Part shown: positions 22,267 to 34,700 of the stretch, in pieces
Position numbering within the stretch: position 1 is the stretch's first letter
Layout: the number at the start of each line of letters is the position of its first letter
Assembly: GCA_027604505.1 (NCBI GenBank)
Contig: JADIIX010000018.1
Location: 186,001-223,622 of the forward strand
Direction: 5' to 3'
Length of the DNA: 37,622 nucleotides
DNA from: Gonapodya sp. JEL0774
Lineage: Eukaryota
Translations under genes and position numbers: made by a program
The notes under the pieces: model-generated
Database searches by the model: none
The model's input: the letters and a program-made list of their open reading frames with translations, nothing else
What the model was told of the DNA's origin: nothing

Positions 22267-22869
22267 ATGTCGCTGTTTCGTATGGAACTGTGAATTAGTG
22301 GGAGATGCGGGGGATTTCACTTTTGGTACTCACTTGGAGACATATTTTTGCGACATTCAACATTCGTATTATAGTAGCTCCGTTTTTCGAATTGCACATA
22401 ATAACTGAGAATAAAGCAGCTGGAAGTTTGACGCAAACAGAAATGTGATCGGCGCTTGATCGTCCCAGTACTCCAACATCCACTAAAAGAAAAATCTGCA
22501 AATCTTTGCCCCACAGATCATGATGAGTGTGAAGTCTTTCCCAGGTTCCGCATGAACTCACGGGCTCCGGGTCCTCAGTGAGGATCACTATGTGATACAG
22601 GATGAGCTCGGCACATACAGTGTATAGTTGTCGACAAAGAGTTATCCAATACTATTCGAGCTCAATAATTTTGGGTCCCAATGACTTTCTAGACGTTCTC
22701 TGGGATCAATTCCGCTTGGGTGTTCATGATTTCATTTATACGGCGGTTGTAGGGAAAAGCGAGTTCATGCGAGCGGGAGCTTTCGAAAACCAATCCCCAC
22801 AGCCAGCACATGCACGTGCAGTAACTCAACGACGAAAATTTCTCGTTTTGCGAAGGGTCAAGCTGAATT

Positions 22870-25800
22870 ATGAGCGAAGCAAGCTCGACGCTCGAGACGA
22901 CGACGACCTCGTCTCCGTCTCCGCGTGTCGGAATTTATGGCACACAGGAATCGACCTTGTCCGTGCCGTTCGTCGTGGTGATGCTCCTGCTGCTCTCTGC
23001 TGTCATAATCGCAGTTCTATCCATCTGTGGCTCCTGGATGCTTTGGCGAAAACGGCGTGGTCTCTCGGTTTGCACACTGGAAGCATGGTGGGGTCCAGGT
23101 GCGGTGGAATCTTCGTTTGTAAGACGGTGGTTTCCAGAAGCGTACAGGAAACGATCCAGGAAACAAAGCAGACCTAGGAGCTCCCACGCCGGTGGTGGTG
23201 TTGGTGTCGAGGGATCTGTAGGCTCAGTGGAACGCGGATCACGAGGAGATGTAGTCGATAGCGAATCCGAACAAGCACCTCCCGCATATCCTCTGCTGGA
23301 CATTGTCCCAGTACCTGCACTTGCACCGTCTTCAGAGCCAGCACCTCTTCCTGAAATGGAAGTAGCTGCTTCCCCACTTCCAAACCACTCGACCACCAAC
23401 GCTCGCCTCCCTTCCTCCACATCCGTCGCTTCGAGCTTGCTCAGCCTCACACGAGGTGTGGGTAGCGTGGGCGATAGGGCACGGAGAGGGCACAATCCTG
23501 AGCCATCTGAACCGAGCGCGGAGCTCGAGCGCCCATCATCACCCACACTTTCAACAATTTCCTCCTCATCAGATTCTTCTTCAGCGTCTGGGGACCGGCA
23601 TTCAGATCAGAATTACCCTCCCGCACCCACCATGCTCTCTTTCATCAATCCCCCGACAATTCCTTCCACTTCTCCGTTGTTGGACCCCGTTATGCACTCG
23701 CAGCGTGAATTGGACGATACCATCATTGCGGCAGCGGCAGAAGGGGATTTGTACACGGCCAAGAGCAAAGAACAGGAGGCAGTGGAGGAAGGCATTGAAG
23801 GCTGGATGGGGCGGCATCCCCGGTGAGTTCATTCACTTACAGAGTCATCCGTGATGTGAAGCTATCGCGAGGATGCCGAGAGCCTTGACAGCAGATCACA
23901 AGGTGACACACACTAACTAGTGACATTGCCATTATGTCGCCTATTCTCAGAGGCCCCCAGTTCGCGCGTTACCTTTCCCTCCTCCGTCCCGCCAGCACCC
24001 CTCCATCCACGCCAACCACCGCCTCCCACCTTCCACCCGCCCTCAACCTCTCCCACCCCGTCGACCTCGACCCCCCGGAGCACATAGTACTCACTAGACT
24101 GTCTCAACGGCTTCATCCTGGCGGTGCCGCTAGGCCCAACCAAGGGTGGTCGGGTGTCACGATTCACGACGGGGCTAATGTGGTCTTTCGCAAGTGGGAT
24201 GCAGCAAGAAGTGCCGTTGGGGATGTGGAGATTGTTCCGGAGAGTTGGCTCAATTCAAACCTCAATCTCAACCTGCAAGCGACTCAGGGTAACACTCACG
24301 GTCTCGGGAGCACGAGTACAAACACGAACGCAGATCAGCAGAGCCTTGGTCAAGACAAGGGTGATGTTCACTTTTCGGTGCTCATATCAGAAATCGGCCC
24401 GCAGCGGTTGATTGATGTGTTGCGTGCTCGCATTTCAAGTGCGGACCCTCCAACGTCCAGAGAAGCGTCAGGCACATGGACAAGAGAAGATAGTGTAGCT
24501 GCAGCAGCTGCGGCGGCGGCAAGAGCTGCAGCTCGGGCAGCGGGAATCTCCACCGCGCCGCAGGGTGAGCGAAAAGTCGGAGAGACATTTCCGGTCGCGG
24601 AAGAGTGGTTCCCGTCCGCTCCATCTTCAACAATTGTACCAGCACCGCATATAACCCCAGCGCAACCCAATAGCTCTGTCGATACGTTGGTCGCCACTAG
24701 CCCGACTACGGAACCTCATTCTTCCCCCCCCACCGAACACCACCCAGCCGCCATGTCTGCTCAAGATGAAGTCAGTGACGAGCCAGAACCGGGAGCGGGT
24801 GGTGCCGCACCAAGACCGCGTGGACCTGCGGGTATGTTGAGAATGGCACAGCAAGTGGCGTCACGTCAGAACGGGGCACCAGGAAGTGCAGGGACAGGGC
24901 AAGCACAAGCGCAAAATGGTATAGGTGGGCCTTCGGAAACGCCTGCCTCCTCTTCCCCCTCACTCTCTTCAGCGGGTCGCCCTGCAACGTCGTCCCTTCT
25001 CGCGGCACTTGCGGTCGCGGTGACCACTCCATCAGTCCCTGGTGCATCGAGGTCGGACGACGGTGACGCTGCCTTGGCGATGCAGCTGCAGAGGGAGGAG
25101 CTAACACGGCTAATGGGGTCTGCAGGCTTTGCCGGAGCAGTTGCTCGTGATAGGGAGGAAAGAGCAAGGCAGATGAAAGACGTGAAGGTCAAGTTTCCTC
25201 ATCCAGTACATGTTGCGGTAGGGCTGGCGACGAGGTAGGTTATCGTACCTCTAGTGGAAGAAATCAGTTGATCGCAACCATTCTCCTCAACCCTTTGCAG
25301 ACCTTTCCCCCCCTTCCTCCTCCCTGGCCGCTTCCCAGACTCCGTTGCTCTCATTGCTGACCGTGCAGGAAACCTGGCAATCCGTGTGTGCCAGTCCACC
25401 ATCTCTTACGAGCATGCACAGGCCGCACGTGCTCGCCGCAAAGAGCACAGGCGAAAACATAAGACATCCGGCACGGCACCGCTCCACAGAGCCGGCTCGA
25501 GCACTGCACCTGTAGCGGGAGAGGAGCGACAGACGTACCAGCGGCGAATGAGCGACGTGGCTCGGCGGGGGGACTCGAGAGGGCCGGTTTCGCGAGGGGT
25601 TGACACCGTGATTTCGATGTTAGGAGGCAGGACAAAAGGCGGTCACACGACTTGGGCTGATGTGATGATCGATCGAGGATGGGACCCGAATGTGGAACCG
25701 GATATGAGTTTGCCAGCGGAGCGACATCTAGCTGGGACAATTTTCGGGACGATTGTTCAGAGAGCGATGGGAAGGCCGCGCAGCAACAGTGAAGCTAGTA

Positions 25801-26885
25801 GAGCGACGTCCGCAACTGTGGAGACGGGTCTTGTGTTGTCGGGCCTGAACGAGGGCCGGCACAGTCCTGGACCACGAGCGCCCATTGCTCGTACCGTTTC
25901 GTGGAATCGAACCTCGCGAACGCCATTAAGTTTGGCAGCTATCGCAGATGATGGGGACAACGATACCATCCCAACTACCCCAACCACCCCTTCGCCACCC
26001 ATCAATGACGACGACTCGGACGACTCCCTGTGGGAGAGGGATGACGATGACTTCGATTTGGGCAGGGAGACAGTTTTGCACCCCACCGAGTTGTATGGTG
26101 AGCGTGAGAACCGTCACCACCATGGACACCGTCGTAGCTCGAGCCATCGCACCAAGTTGGTTCCGGTGCCTTACAATATCGGCCCAGGTGATGTTTTGGG
26201 TTGCGGCTTCAAGCGAGGACACGGAGTATACTTCACGTTGAATGGAATGAGGATACCGTTGCCTTTAACGACTCGCAAAAGGATCATACCACTCCCACCA
26301 GAGCAGGAGACGGCGAGGCGCAAGTTTAACATTGCATTTGCTCGTAAGCCGTCGCACGGCATTACCCATCATAAAAGGGAAAGTGTCGCGAGTTTGCGCA
26401 CAATCCCAGAAAAGGGTAAAGGCGGCGCTCCTGCAGGGAGACCAAGTGATTCAGACGAAGCGGACCCGACACTTGAGCGGCCACCTGTTCCAATCACCAG
26501 TCGGAGTGCTGTGTCACAACAATCGTTGGCTACTGTCGATACAAAAGGTACCACGGAGGATCTAGACCCAAAGAGAGAGGTGATCGTGGACGAGGCAGGG
26601 TGGCTGATGCCAGAGTGGTGCAGGGAGCCATTCTCATTGAGGGGCCGGGGCGGGCTGTACGCGATTGTTGGTGCAGATGGACCCGCGCAACTTTTGGTGC
26701 TGGCTCCTGGAGATAACGAGCACATTGGCGCTCAACAGAGCGGGATCGGCCCGGAAGGTGTGGTTAGAGGCTTGGGTATGCGCAGTGAGGACGAAGTAGA
26801 TATGAGATACGCTCAATTTCGACCGGGCATGGGGATGGATGTGCAGCTGCCTCCGGTACCACCAGATTACAATGTGAACATTTGA
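22870..26885 (+). CDS. Single-pass membrane SPRY-domain protein with PPxY motifs (Ssh4/Ear1-like Rsp5 adaptor)
   Basis: TM segment VPFVVVMLLLLSAVIIAVLSIC; PPAY and C-terminal PPDY. SPRY segments VAVGLATRPFPPFLLPGRFPDSVAL, GPGDVLGCGF..VYFTLNG and LYAIVGADGP. Introns 23823-23920 and 25235-25300. Confidence 0.8.
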
Positions 26886-26986
26886 TCATTAGACAGTTGA
26901 TTAGGTATTTAAGGAATTTGTATAGAGTATTACTACTGGTACTTGCATGCACTTTTGGAAATAATGAGTAAAACCCCGACGACCAT

Positions 26987-27640
26987 TTGTGGATATTGTC
27001 CCGAGTTTGGATCAACCGACGAGTCTGTGATACCGAGGCAAAACGTCGCTCAAATGTGCTAGGTGGCGCCGGTGTGCATCAATATCGTGGGCAGGAGTCT
27101 GGTGCAGATGACATTGGAGAGGAACGCGGAATGTTGGAACAGAGGTTCTACTTGGACCCAGCAACATTCTCCCGACACTCAAAACTCACCTTCCCAGGGA
27201 CCTTATGTCGCATTCCACCCCTACATACTGTTCCTTCCTCCACAATGCCACCGACCTTGGTCCCAGAAGTGATGATGCAACGGTCTTCGACTCGTGCATC
27301 TGGTAGAACGCACGCTCTCGGTTCCAAATGGCAGTACGAGCCGATCGACGAATAAATTGCTGGAAATAAAGAGTAACCAAGAAACACCTGGAGTGATTTG
27401 TTCTTGGGATTGTTCTCAAATCTCGAAATCACCTGTCCCGACTTCGACGAGGTTCCCGGATCCGATCGTCAGCGCCCCTTCCCAGCATTCAACTCTGGTA
27501 CCCTCCTCAAAGATGTTTTCATCCCCTACGATAATTCGAGAGCCTGGATGGGCGATGAATGTTACGAGAGGGTGAAGTACTTTGTACGAGTGAAGCGATC
27601 ATGGTGGCAGAGAGAGCGATTCAGGATTGATTGGCAATAA
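26987..27640 (+). pseudogene. Possible degraded gene fragment
   Basis: ORFs 26987-27355 and 27398-27640 share one frame, broken by two TAA stops. The distal part (NTWSDLFLGLFSNLEITCPDF...VKYFVRVKRSWW) looks protein-like. No family recognised. Confidence 0.3.
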
Positions 27641-28009
27641 ACAGAACATGCAGCGAGTGGTAAGGACTAGACATTTATTGTGTGCAGAAAGCGAACTCGC
27701 TTACCATTCCCCATGCCCAAATCAATATCCCCTGTAAGGGGAGGAGACGGATGCGAGAGGGGAGGTTGACACACGATTGAGCTCCTCTGATTCGTGGAGA
27801 CGAGGGTTCCGGAGCTTCGAACGGGAACGAGCTGACCCGACATTATTCTCAAATAGAAACGCTGTTTCGTTTGTTGGTTTTGTTCCAATACCGTGCATGA
27901 TTGTCCGGGAATGGGCCATACTCCTCAGCAATACGTTGAACAATCCGAGAGATAATTTTAGCTCGCGAGTGCACTGGTTTATTGCACCTTCGAGGGATCC
28001 CTTCAGGTC

Positions 28010-29622
28010 ATGGCGTCTCCTGGAGCAGAGATCCCACCAGACGTGGAGCGTTGTGGGTGAATCGTCTGGCATCTCACCATACTTCCAAATCATCATCGCT
28101 TCTATAGATTTCGATTACAATGCCACCACCCCAATACATCCTGATGTCGTGAGCGCATGCTCTGCCGCTCTGCGAAACACCTGGGGCAACGCGTCGTCGA
28201 GTGGACACGCGCTCGGTCGTAAGGCGAAAAGCTCACTAGATGAAGCCAGAACGCGGATTGCGAATGCAGCTGGTTGTGCAACAGGAGACATACTCCTCAC
28301 ATCTGGCGGGACAGAAGCATCAAATCTCGTTCTGACGAGTCAATTACACCACTATCACTTGCTCTACGGTCCCAACCCCGATGCACTTCCACATTTCGTT
28401 GTCGGGCCATGCGAGCATCCTGCACTGATCGAGCCCCTTCGTGCGCTCGAGAGACAGGGAAAAGTGAGCGTGACCGAGGTGCCATTGGACCCTCCCGCGG
28501 CAGTTACTGAAACCCAGTACCTGTCAGAAGTATGCGCTGGTGCACCATCACCTCAAGCGATTGTGTCTGCCTTGACTTCCGCGACCGTTTTAGTCAGTGT
28601 GATGCTGGTCAACAATGAAACTGGAGCTGTGGCAGATATTGCACGGGTGTCGGAGGCTGTCCGGATATGGGAAAGCACAATGAGCACATCAGCCCCTCGT
28701 TGGAGGCGCCATAGAGTCTACGTGCACACGGATATTGCGCAGGCGCTAGGCAAGGTTGAGGTGCATTTGGATGGGTTGGGAGTCGACTACGCGACCATTG
28801 TTGGACACAAGTTTTACGGCCCAAGAGTGAGTGAGCTTATCCCACACTTGCCGGATGTACCTGGCAGTAATAATGAATTAATTGAGATACTTCGCTCTTT
28901 GTCAGATTGGCGCGTTGTTCAGCCGAGGCTTGGGGCAGCATCCTTCCTTCAATGACTCCTTGGGTGCCTTCCCCACCTCCCCCGATTCTGCCCCTCTATA
29001 CCCCGCTATCCGCGGTGGTGGACAAGAGCGCGGATATCGTAGTGGCACGGAGAATTTGGGGATGGCTGTTGGCCTTGGGGAGGTTAGTGCATTGGGCGTG
29101 CTTTGGTCAATTTATGTTCTAACGTCTCACAAATCCACCCGACGGTCCGGTCAGGCTGCTTTCCTGGTTTCGAAACATATCAAAACTCTCTGTGCCCATC
29201 TCTCTGCCATATCTTCTCTTTTCATCAATCTCCTTGAAACTACTCACCCCCGCAACATAGTTCCGATCGTCCACCATAAACACACTCCCCGAGCACCAAA
29301 CGTCGTGTCTTTCAGCCTTATCGAACGTGACATTTTGGCAGATCTCAAATCGTCGAGATTACCTTCCCGTGCATCCAAGCTCCGCGCTTGGGACGTACAA
29401 TCCGCTCTGGTTAACCACGAACCATCCTTTATCGTCGCCCGAGGTGCAGCGTGCCACGCTGATACTGGAGACGAGATAGCTTCAGCGACGCTGATGGCTG
29501 TCCCTGGAATGGCGAAGGAGGTGGCGTTGAATACAATCAGGTGGAGTTGCGGATGGTGGAGCAAGGAAGAGGAAGTGCAGGAACTGGTGAAGGCTTTGTG
29601 GGAGGTGGTACCGGAGGTCTAA
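28010..29622 (+). CDS. SCLY: Selenocysteine lyase-like / NifS-type PLP-dependent class V enzyme
   Basis: MASPGAEIPPDVERYFDYNATTP, TSGGTEASN, MLVNNETG, HTDIAQALGK, PLP-lysine motif TIVGHKFYGPRIGALF-RGLG, GGGQERGYRSGTEN and catalytic GAACH. Introns 28053-28107, 28827-28905 and 29083-29154. No mitochondrial presequence evident. Confidence 0.85.
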
Positions 29623-30023
29623 CGGAGTACGGACTGTCCCATGGACTACCAACTAATATTATTATGTCTGTCTGAATTTGCCCCAATCATATTCCGTCTG
29701 ATCAATGTGCACGGGTTCTGTTGTGGCTTATATATTTATCACGCTCCGTGCAAATTCACATTAGTTTCCTACCATCATTCCCCAACGGTTTCTGGCATTT
29801 TCACTCCACCTAATGCAACACAAGGAGGGGCATGTGTTTGTAATGAGAAATTATTATACACACGCAATTTTCGATTTCTGCGAGAAGGGTGGACCGAGAT
29901 TGTGCGCTATGGTGGAAAAAGCCGACGGTCTTTCCTTGCGGCCACACCATATAAACGGCATGGTGGGGTACACAATCCGAATCGAACAAGAACTCACTTC
30001 ATAGGACATCTGCAGCCAAAGAT

Positions 30024-31603
30024 ATGACCATCCCGTACCAGTACGCATTCCCTATGTTGAATCGCTTTGCTGCGACCGTTTCATTATATTAATATGAGGC
30101 CTTGGTTTTTGCTTCTCAACGTTCCACCAGTGCAAAGAGCGAAGCCGCGGATGTGGCTACGTCTGAACTCGGGGGAAAGGGAGGTTTGGAAGGTGCATTA
30201 CAAGTTTCTTTTCCTTGAAGAAACGTACACATTCGAATCCTTGCATCGGCAGGCAAAATCGCCATCGTCACGGGATCAACGAGCGGAATCGGACAAGAGA
30301 CTGCACGCGTACTTGCGAGTCATGGAGCTCACGTCATTGTTGCTGCGAGATCCGCTCAGGTGAACCATTCCACAAAGCTTCAAATGCGGAATTCGGGCCG
30401 ACTTTGATCAACTCTATTTGGGAGTTCAGAAAGTCGAAGATACCGTGGCTGAAATCAACAGGGATATGGCAGCCAGTGGTGGTCTGGGGAAGGCAGAGGG
30501 CATGCTGGTGGATCTTGGTGACCTCACTTCTGTGCGACAGTTCACCAAGGAGTTCAAGGCGAAGTTCAACTCACTTCACTTACTCGTGAGCATCAACGCA
30601 CATCAGCTCGCGAGACTCTTGAATAACGGTAACCATCTGAATTACAGATTAACAATGCAGGAATTATGGCGCTCCCGAACCGCGAACTCACAAAAGACGG
30701 CTTCGAGGCACAGTTCGGAACCAACCACATTGGACACTTTGTCCTGACCAACGAGCTGGTGAGTTTTGACAACCCACATCTTCGCCTATTGCTTTTCTGA
30801 AGCTTTCGTCTACAAGGTGCCTCTTCTCGTCTCTTCTGCGCCGTCCCGCGTGGTTTGCCTGAGCTCAATCGCTCACCGCCGCAGCGGCATTTTGTGGGAC
30901 GATGTTCAACTGGAGAAAAACTACGAGGTGAGATTCGAGATCGCGGAATGTCCAGTCTCAAACCATCTCATATGAACATGATGTATTCTAGCGATGGCTT
31001 TCCTATGGCCAAGCAAAGAGCGCAAATATTCTGTTTGGTAGGTTTGCTCTGCAATGACTTCCAGGCTTTCTTTCTGCATTAAGAACTCGATATTTTAGCC
31101 CGAGAGCTGAATCGTCAGCTGCAACCCAAGGGTGTCACCGCAGTCTCAGTGCACCCTGGAGGAATTATGACCGGCCTCCAGTGAGCCTCTGCCGTCTCTT
31201 GCCCTCTCGCTGTCATTCGTAATACTGTCCTTTGTTTAGGGTCAACATTCCGAAGGCAGAGATGGAAGCTATGGGCTGGATCACCGCAGATGGCAAATTG
31301 CATCCGAGTGAGTAATGCAGTGCGCTTTTTCGGATTTAAATAAAGGGTTGGTTAATCTGGTTAATCTGATCATCTGCCGTATCTGTAGTGTTCAAAACCA
31401 TCTCACAGGGTGCTTCCACCACCATATTCGGCGCCCTTTCCAAGGATCTGGCAGGGAATGGCGGCGCTTACCTGGAGGACTGTCATGTCTCCGAGACACA
31501 GCCGGCAGAGCGCAACAACGAGGAGGATGCCATTCGTCTCTGGAAAGTCACGAACGAAATTGTTGGTACTAATTACAATTTCGAAGGTCAACAAAAGCTG
31601 TAA
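30024..31603 (+). CDS. Short-chain dehydrogenase/reductase (retinol dehydrogenase/WWOX-like)
   Basis: Spliced motifs [52 protein letters not shown], catalytic YGQAK, SVHPGGI and GGAYLEDC. Ends QQKL*. Confidence 0.93.
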
Positions 31604-31719
31604 AACATAGATATGTAACTGCAAACCTCACGCTACATGATGAATACATATATTTACTGATGTTGTACGGGTCCCAAACCGGATTAGGACATAATGTTAC
31701 AGAAATCGACCAAGTGCAT

Positions 31720-34700
31720 TTATGCCATGTTCCTTGACTCTGAAAGTTCCACGTCGTCCATTAGAGTTGAGTGATAATCGGGTGGAGGAAGAGTCGGAAT
31801 CTGCCGTGAGGTCGGTCCGACCCGAGATCCGCTGCCACCTGCACGTGGCGCTGCCAGTGCAGCAGACGCGGGAGCGGTGGGAGAAGGATCTGACTGCAAG
31901 GTCGTTGGCGTCACAGGGTTCGGCGTCGAAGATGCCTCTGCGGTAGTCGAGACGGATCCAACAGGACCAGACCAGGGGTTTTCACCCGATGTGCGTGTGC
32001 TGTGACCCTGCAAGCTGCCTCTTCGCACACCCGCCAGAACGCTCATTATCCGATCCGTCGAAGATCTGGACACAAGAGGCAAGGCACCATCCGTATTGCT
32101 GCCCCTCCTCCTGTTCCTAAAGGTCCTTCTTCCGGACGGAGAGACAGCGGAATCATACTCGGGTGGAGGATTGTCAAAATCCGGATGTGCTCCGATTGCC
32201 CCAAACGACTCGAATGTCGAGGTACTAGATATGGATGCTATCGAGTCATACGACATGTGCCGAGAACGAGCACCGGCTGATGATGTGTCAAAGATGTTAA
32301 CACGATCTGGCATTAGCGTGAAGTTGGGGGAGGTTGGAGAAGTAGGAGAAGTGGGCATCGAACGAGAAAGGGCCCCGAAATTAAATCCAGGGTGTAGTGA
32401 CGAGGGTGACGAAGGCAGCTGGTATGCAAAACTTTCTGGAGCTGTGCTAAGCGTTGCGGTTGCAGGTGACGGGGCCACGTCTGTGATCTCGACATCACTC
32501 GTTGAGCTTCGCACAAGGACCGGCACATGGGGCCACCGTGTTGACTTCGATGCTGGTGCTGATGATAAATCTTCACCCCTCGACGCAGATTCCTGTCGCG
32601 GCATCTCGACGTTCGCTAGAGTCACCGACGATGATGACCGCCCCACCGGAATCGTATTTAGTTCATCTTCCACATTGATCCTTGCACAATTTGTTTGACG
32701 ACTTTCGGCCAGTATCCGATCGCCTCTTTCCGGTGCCCTCAGTAAGTCGTCGAGCGCGGTATTAGCCAAGCCATGGTGATCTCCGGGCCGCATCCCAAGC
32801 TGCTCGTAAAACTGAGCTTCTCCGAAAATGAATGGCTCTTGACCACAGTTGATCAGAAGCTGGCAGGAACCATGGGATCTATTGGCACGTGATCGGTTCG
32901 AATATCGATGGGAGAAAGACCAAAGGAGGGTCATTGAGACCCCGCAATCGACAACAGGTCAGGAGCGTTTTAGGGCTTCCAAGATAAACCCAACTCACCC
33001 CACTGCGGGATACCAAGATTGATACATCCCACTCGCCACAATGTATCCATCCATCTCTAACTCCAGCATATCTTCCTCGCTTTCATCAGTACCCATCTTT
33101 CCTTTCCCCCTCTCCCTGTCCCTCTCGTCGTCATATTCGCTTGGACGTACACGCTTCGTGGGCATCTTCAGGGCTTTCGAAGAGTTCCTAGCGGAGAAAA
33201 ATGGAATTTCGAGAAGAGGTAGGTTTGGACCGGGATCTGGAGGAATCGGGATTGGGCGACCATTGAATGTGCAGAAGATGGCCCCTGTGAGAAAGACGAG
33301 TGGGCTTTCACCAAAATACTAAGTTATCCAAAATCAAGTCTTAAGGCTCACCTTTTGGGGGATAATAACCCCACCCTATGGTGTCTCCTTGCTTGGCCCT
33401 CCACTGTGGTCCTAGAGGAATTTTGCGGTCCCAACCTTTCCCTCTTGCAACTGTGATGAATGCTCCATTACTTGATACGGTGTAGGCTACGGACAGCGGG
33501 TAACGTCCGGGGACTAGGAACAGAAAGATGAAGAGCTTAGGTTGGCGAATCCTTCACGATTACTGCGGCATCAAGAACAACTCACGGAAGAAAGGAGGAT
33601 AGGGCCTTGCAACCAGCCCTACTGCAATCGGTGGCGCCAATCTGCCTGAGTTACTCAATGGTATATCTACCACTCGGTGCATCCCGCCCAAACCAGACAA
33701 AAGATTCGGGTCGACCAACAATGCTTCGGACGAAGAGGTGTTGCCCCTTCTGGAATCGGGGGCGAGAGAGGCAGGGACAATGGAGCCTCTCCGTGTGTCG
33801 TCGTAATGAGATTGATCGGATGGGTGCGGGTTGTGGGACGCAGATGAGGATACTGGTGGAACAGGAACCGCCAAGTGTCGGCCGGAATCGTCGTACATTG
33901 ATGAGTCAGCAGGATGTTGAGTAGTCGATTCTGACGAGCTGGTGACAACCGGAAATACATCGGTGCTTGCATTAGTGGCCAATTGGGAAGGAGGGGCTGT
34001 TGAAGACGAAGCCGTGGGAAAGAGTCCCAGCTTCTCCACACGTGTGTCTTGACCTCCCACGCTCGCCTCCACGCCTGTCTCGCGCAAACTTCTTTCTAAA
34101 GCCAGTCTCAAATCGTCTTCTTCCCGCATCCTCAACGCGTCGACCATGCCTTGAGTTTCATCTCCTTGGCCTATACCACCAACTCCCGCTGCCCCTAAAC
34201 GACGTCGAGGCGTAGAGTTCGTGTCTGCTAGGAGAGCTTCAAAGTACAGAAAAGTGTATGGGCGGTGATTAATGGAAAGAGTGATGGAGGGACCAGGCGT
34301 GGACGCATTCGGAGGGAGGTGGAGTGGCAAAGTGGAGACGATGGAGCGTTCGGTGCGGCGCCGGAAGGTCGCGTTGAAACCTAGCGTGAAAGGCAGATTG
34401 TGTGTTTAGCAGTGTCACCGTGTGGGAGCAACATGAAAGGTGGAGGCAGCGGAATGTGACCGGGGCGATGCTCATCCGAGAGTTTCTGATCCTCCTTGCT
34501 GTTCTCATATCGCCTCCACAAAGTCCCCGCTTAGAAACCATAGGTCTTTCATCAACCACTGCCTCAATGCGACCCACCTTCATGTATTGTGACACCACCC
34601 CATGCAGAACGCAGCCTCTCCAAGTCCACGATCTCGATATCGAAGTCGGAGGGGTTCACAAAATTGCGAGACCTGTGGCGGGGGATTCAGTATCAGACGG

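Noticed and set aside
22935..23546. Antisense ORFs over the SPRY genes (also 32096-32698)
   Set aside because: Shadow frames of GC-rich low-complexity coding sequence with no motifs.
24495..24545. GCA/GCG triplet run
   Set aside because: It encodes a poly-Ala tract within a CDS and is not an independent repeat element.
27270..27275. Tandem TGA TGA near SCLY as a possible selenoprotein
   Set aside because: No CxxU/UxxC or known selenoprotein context, and no SECIS recognised by eye.
27777..28009. N-terminal extension of SCLY in the ORF track
   Set aside because: It starts at a non-ATG codon and runs through promoter and intron sequence. ATG 28010 plus intron 28053-28107 restores the expected YFDYNATT motif.
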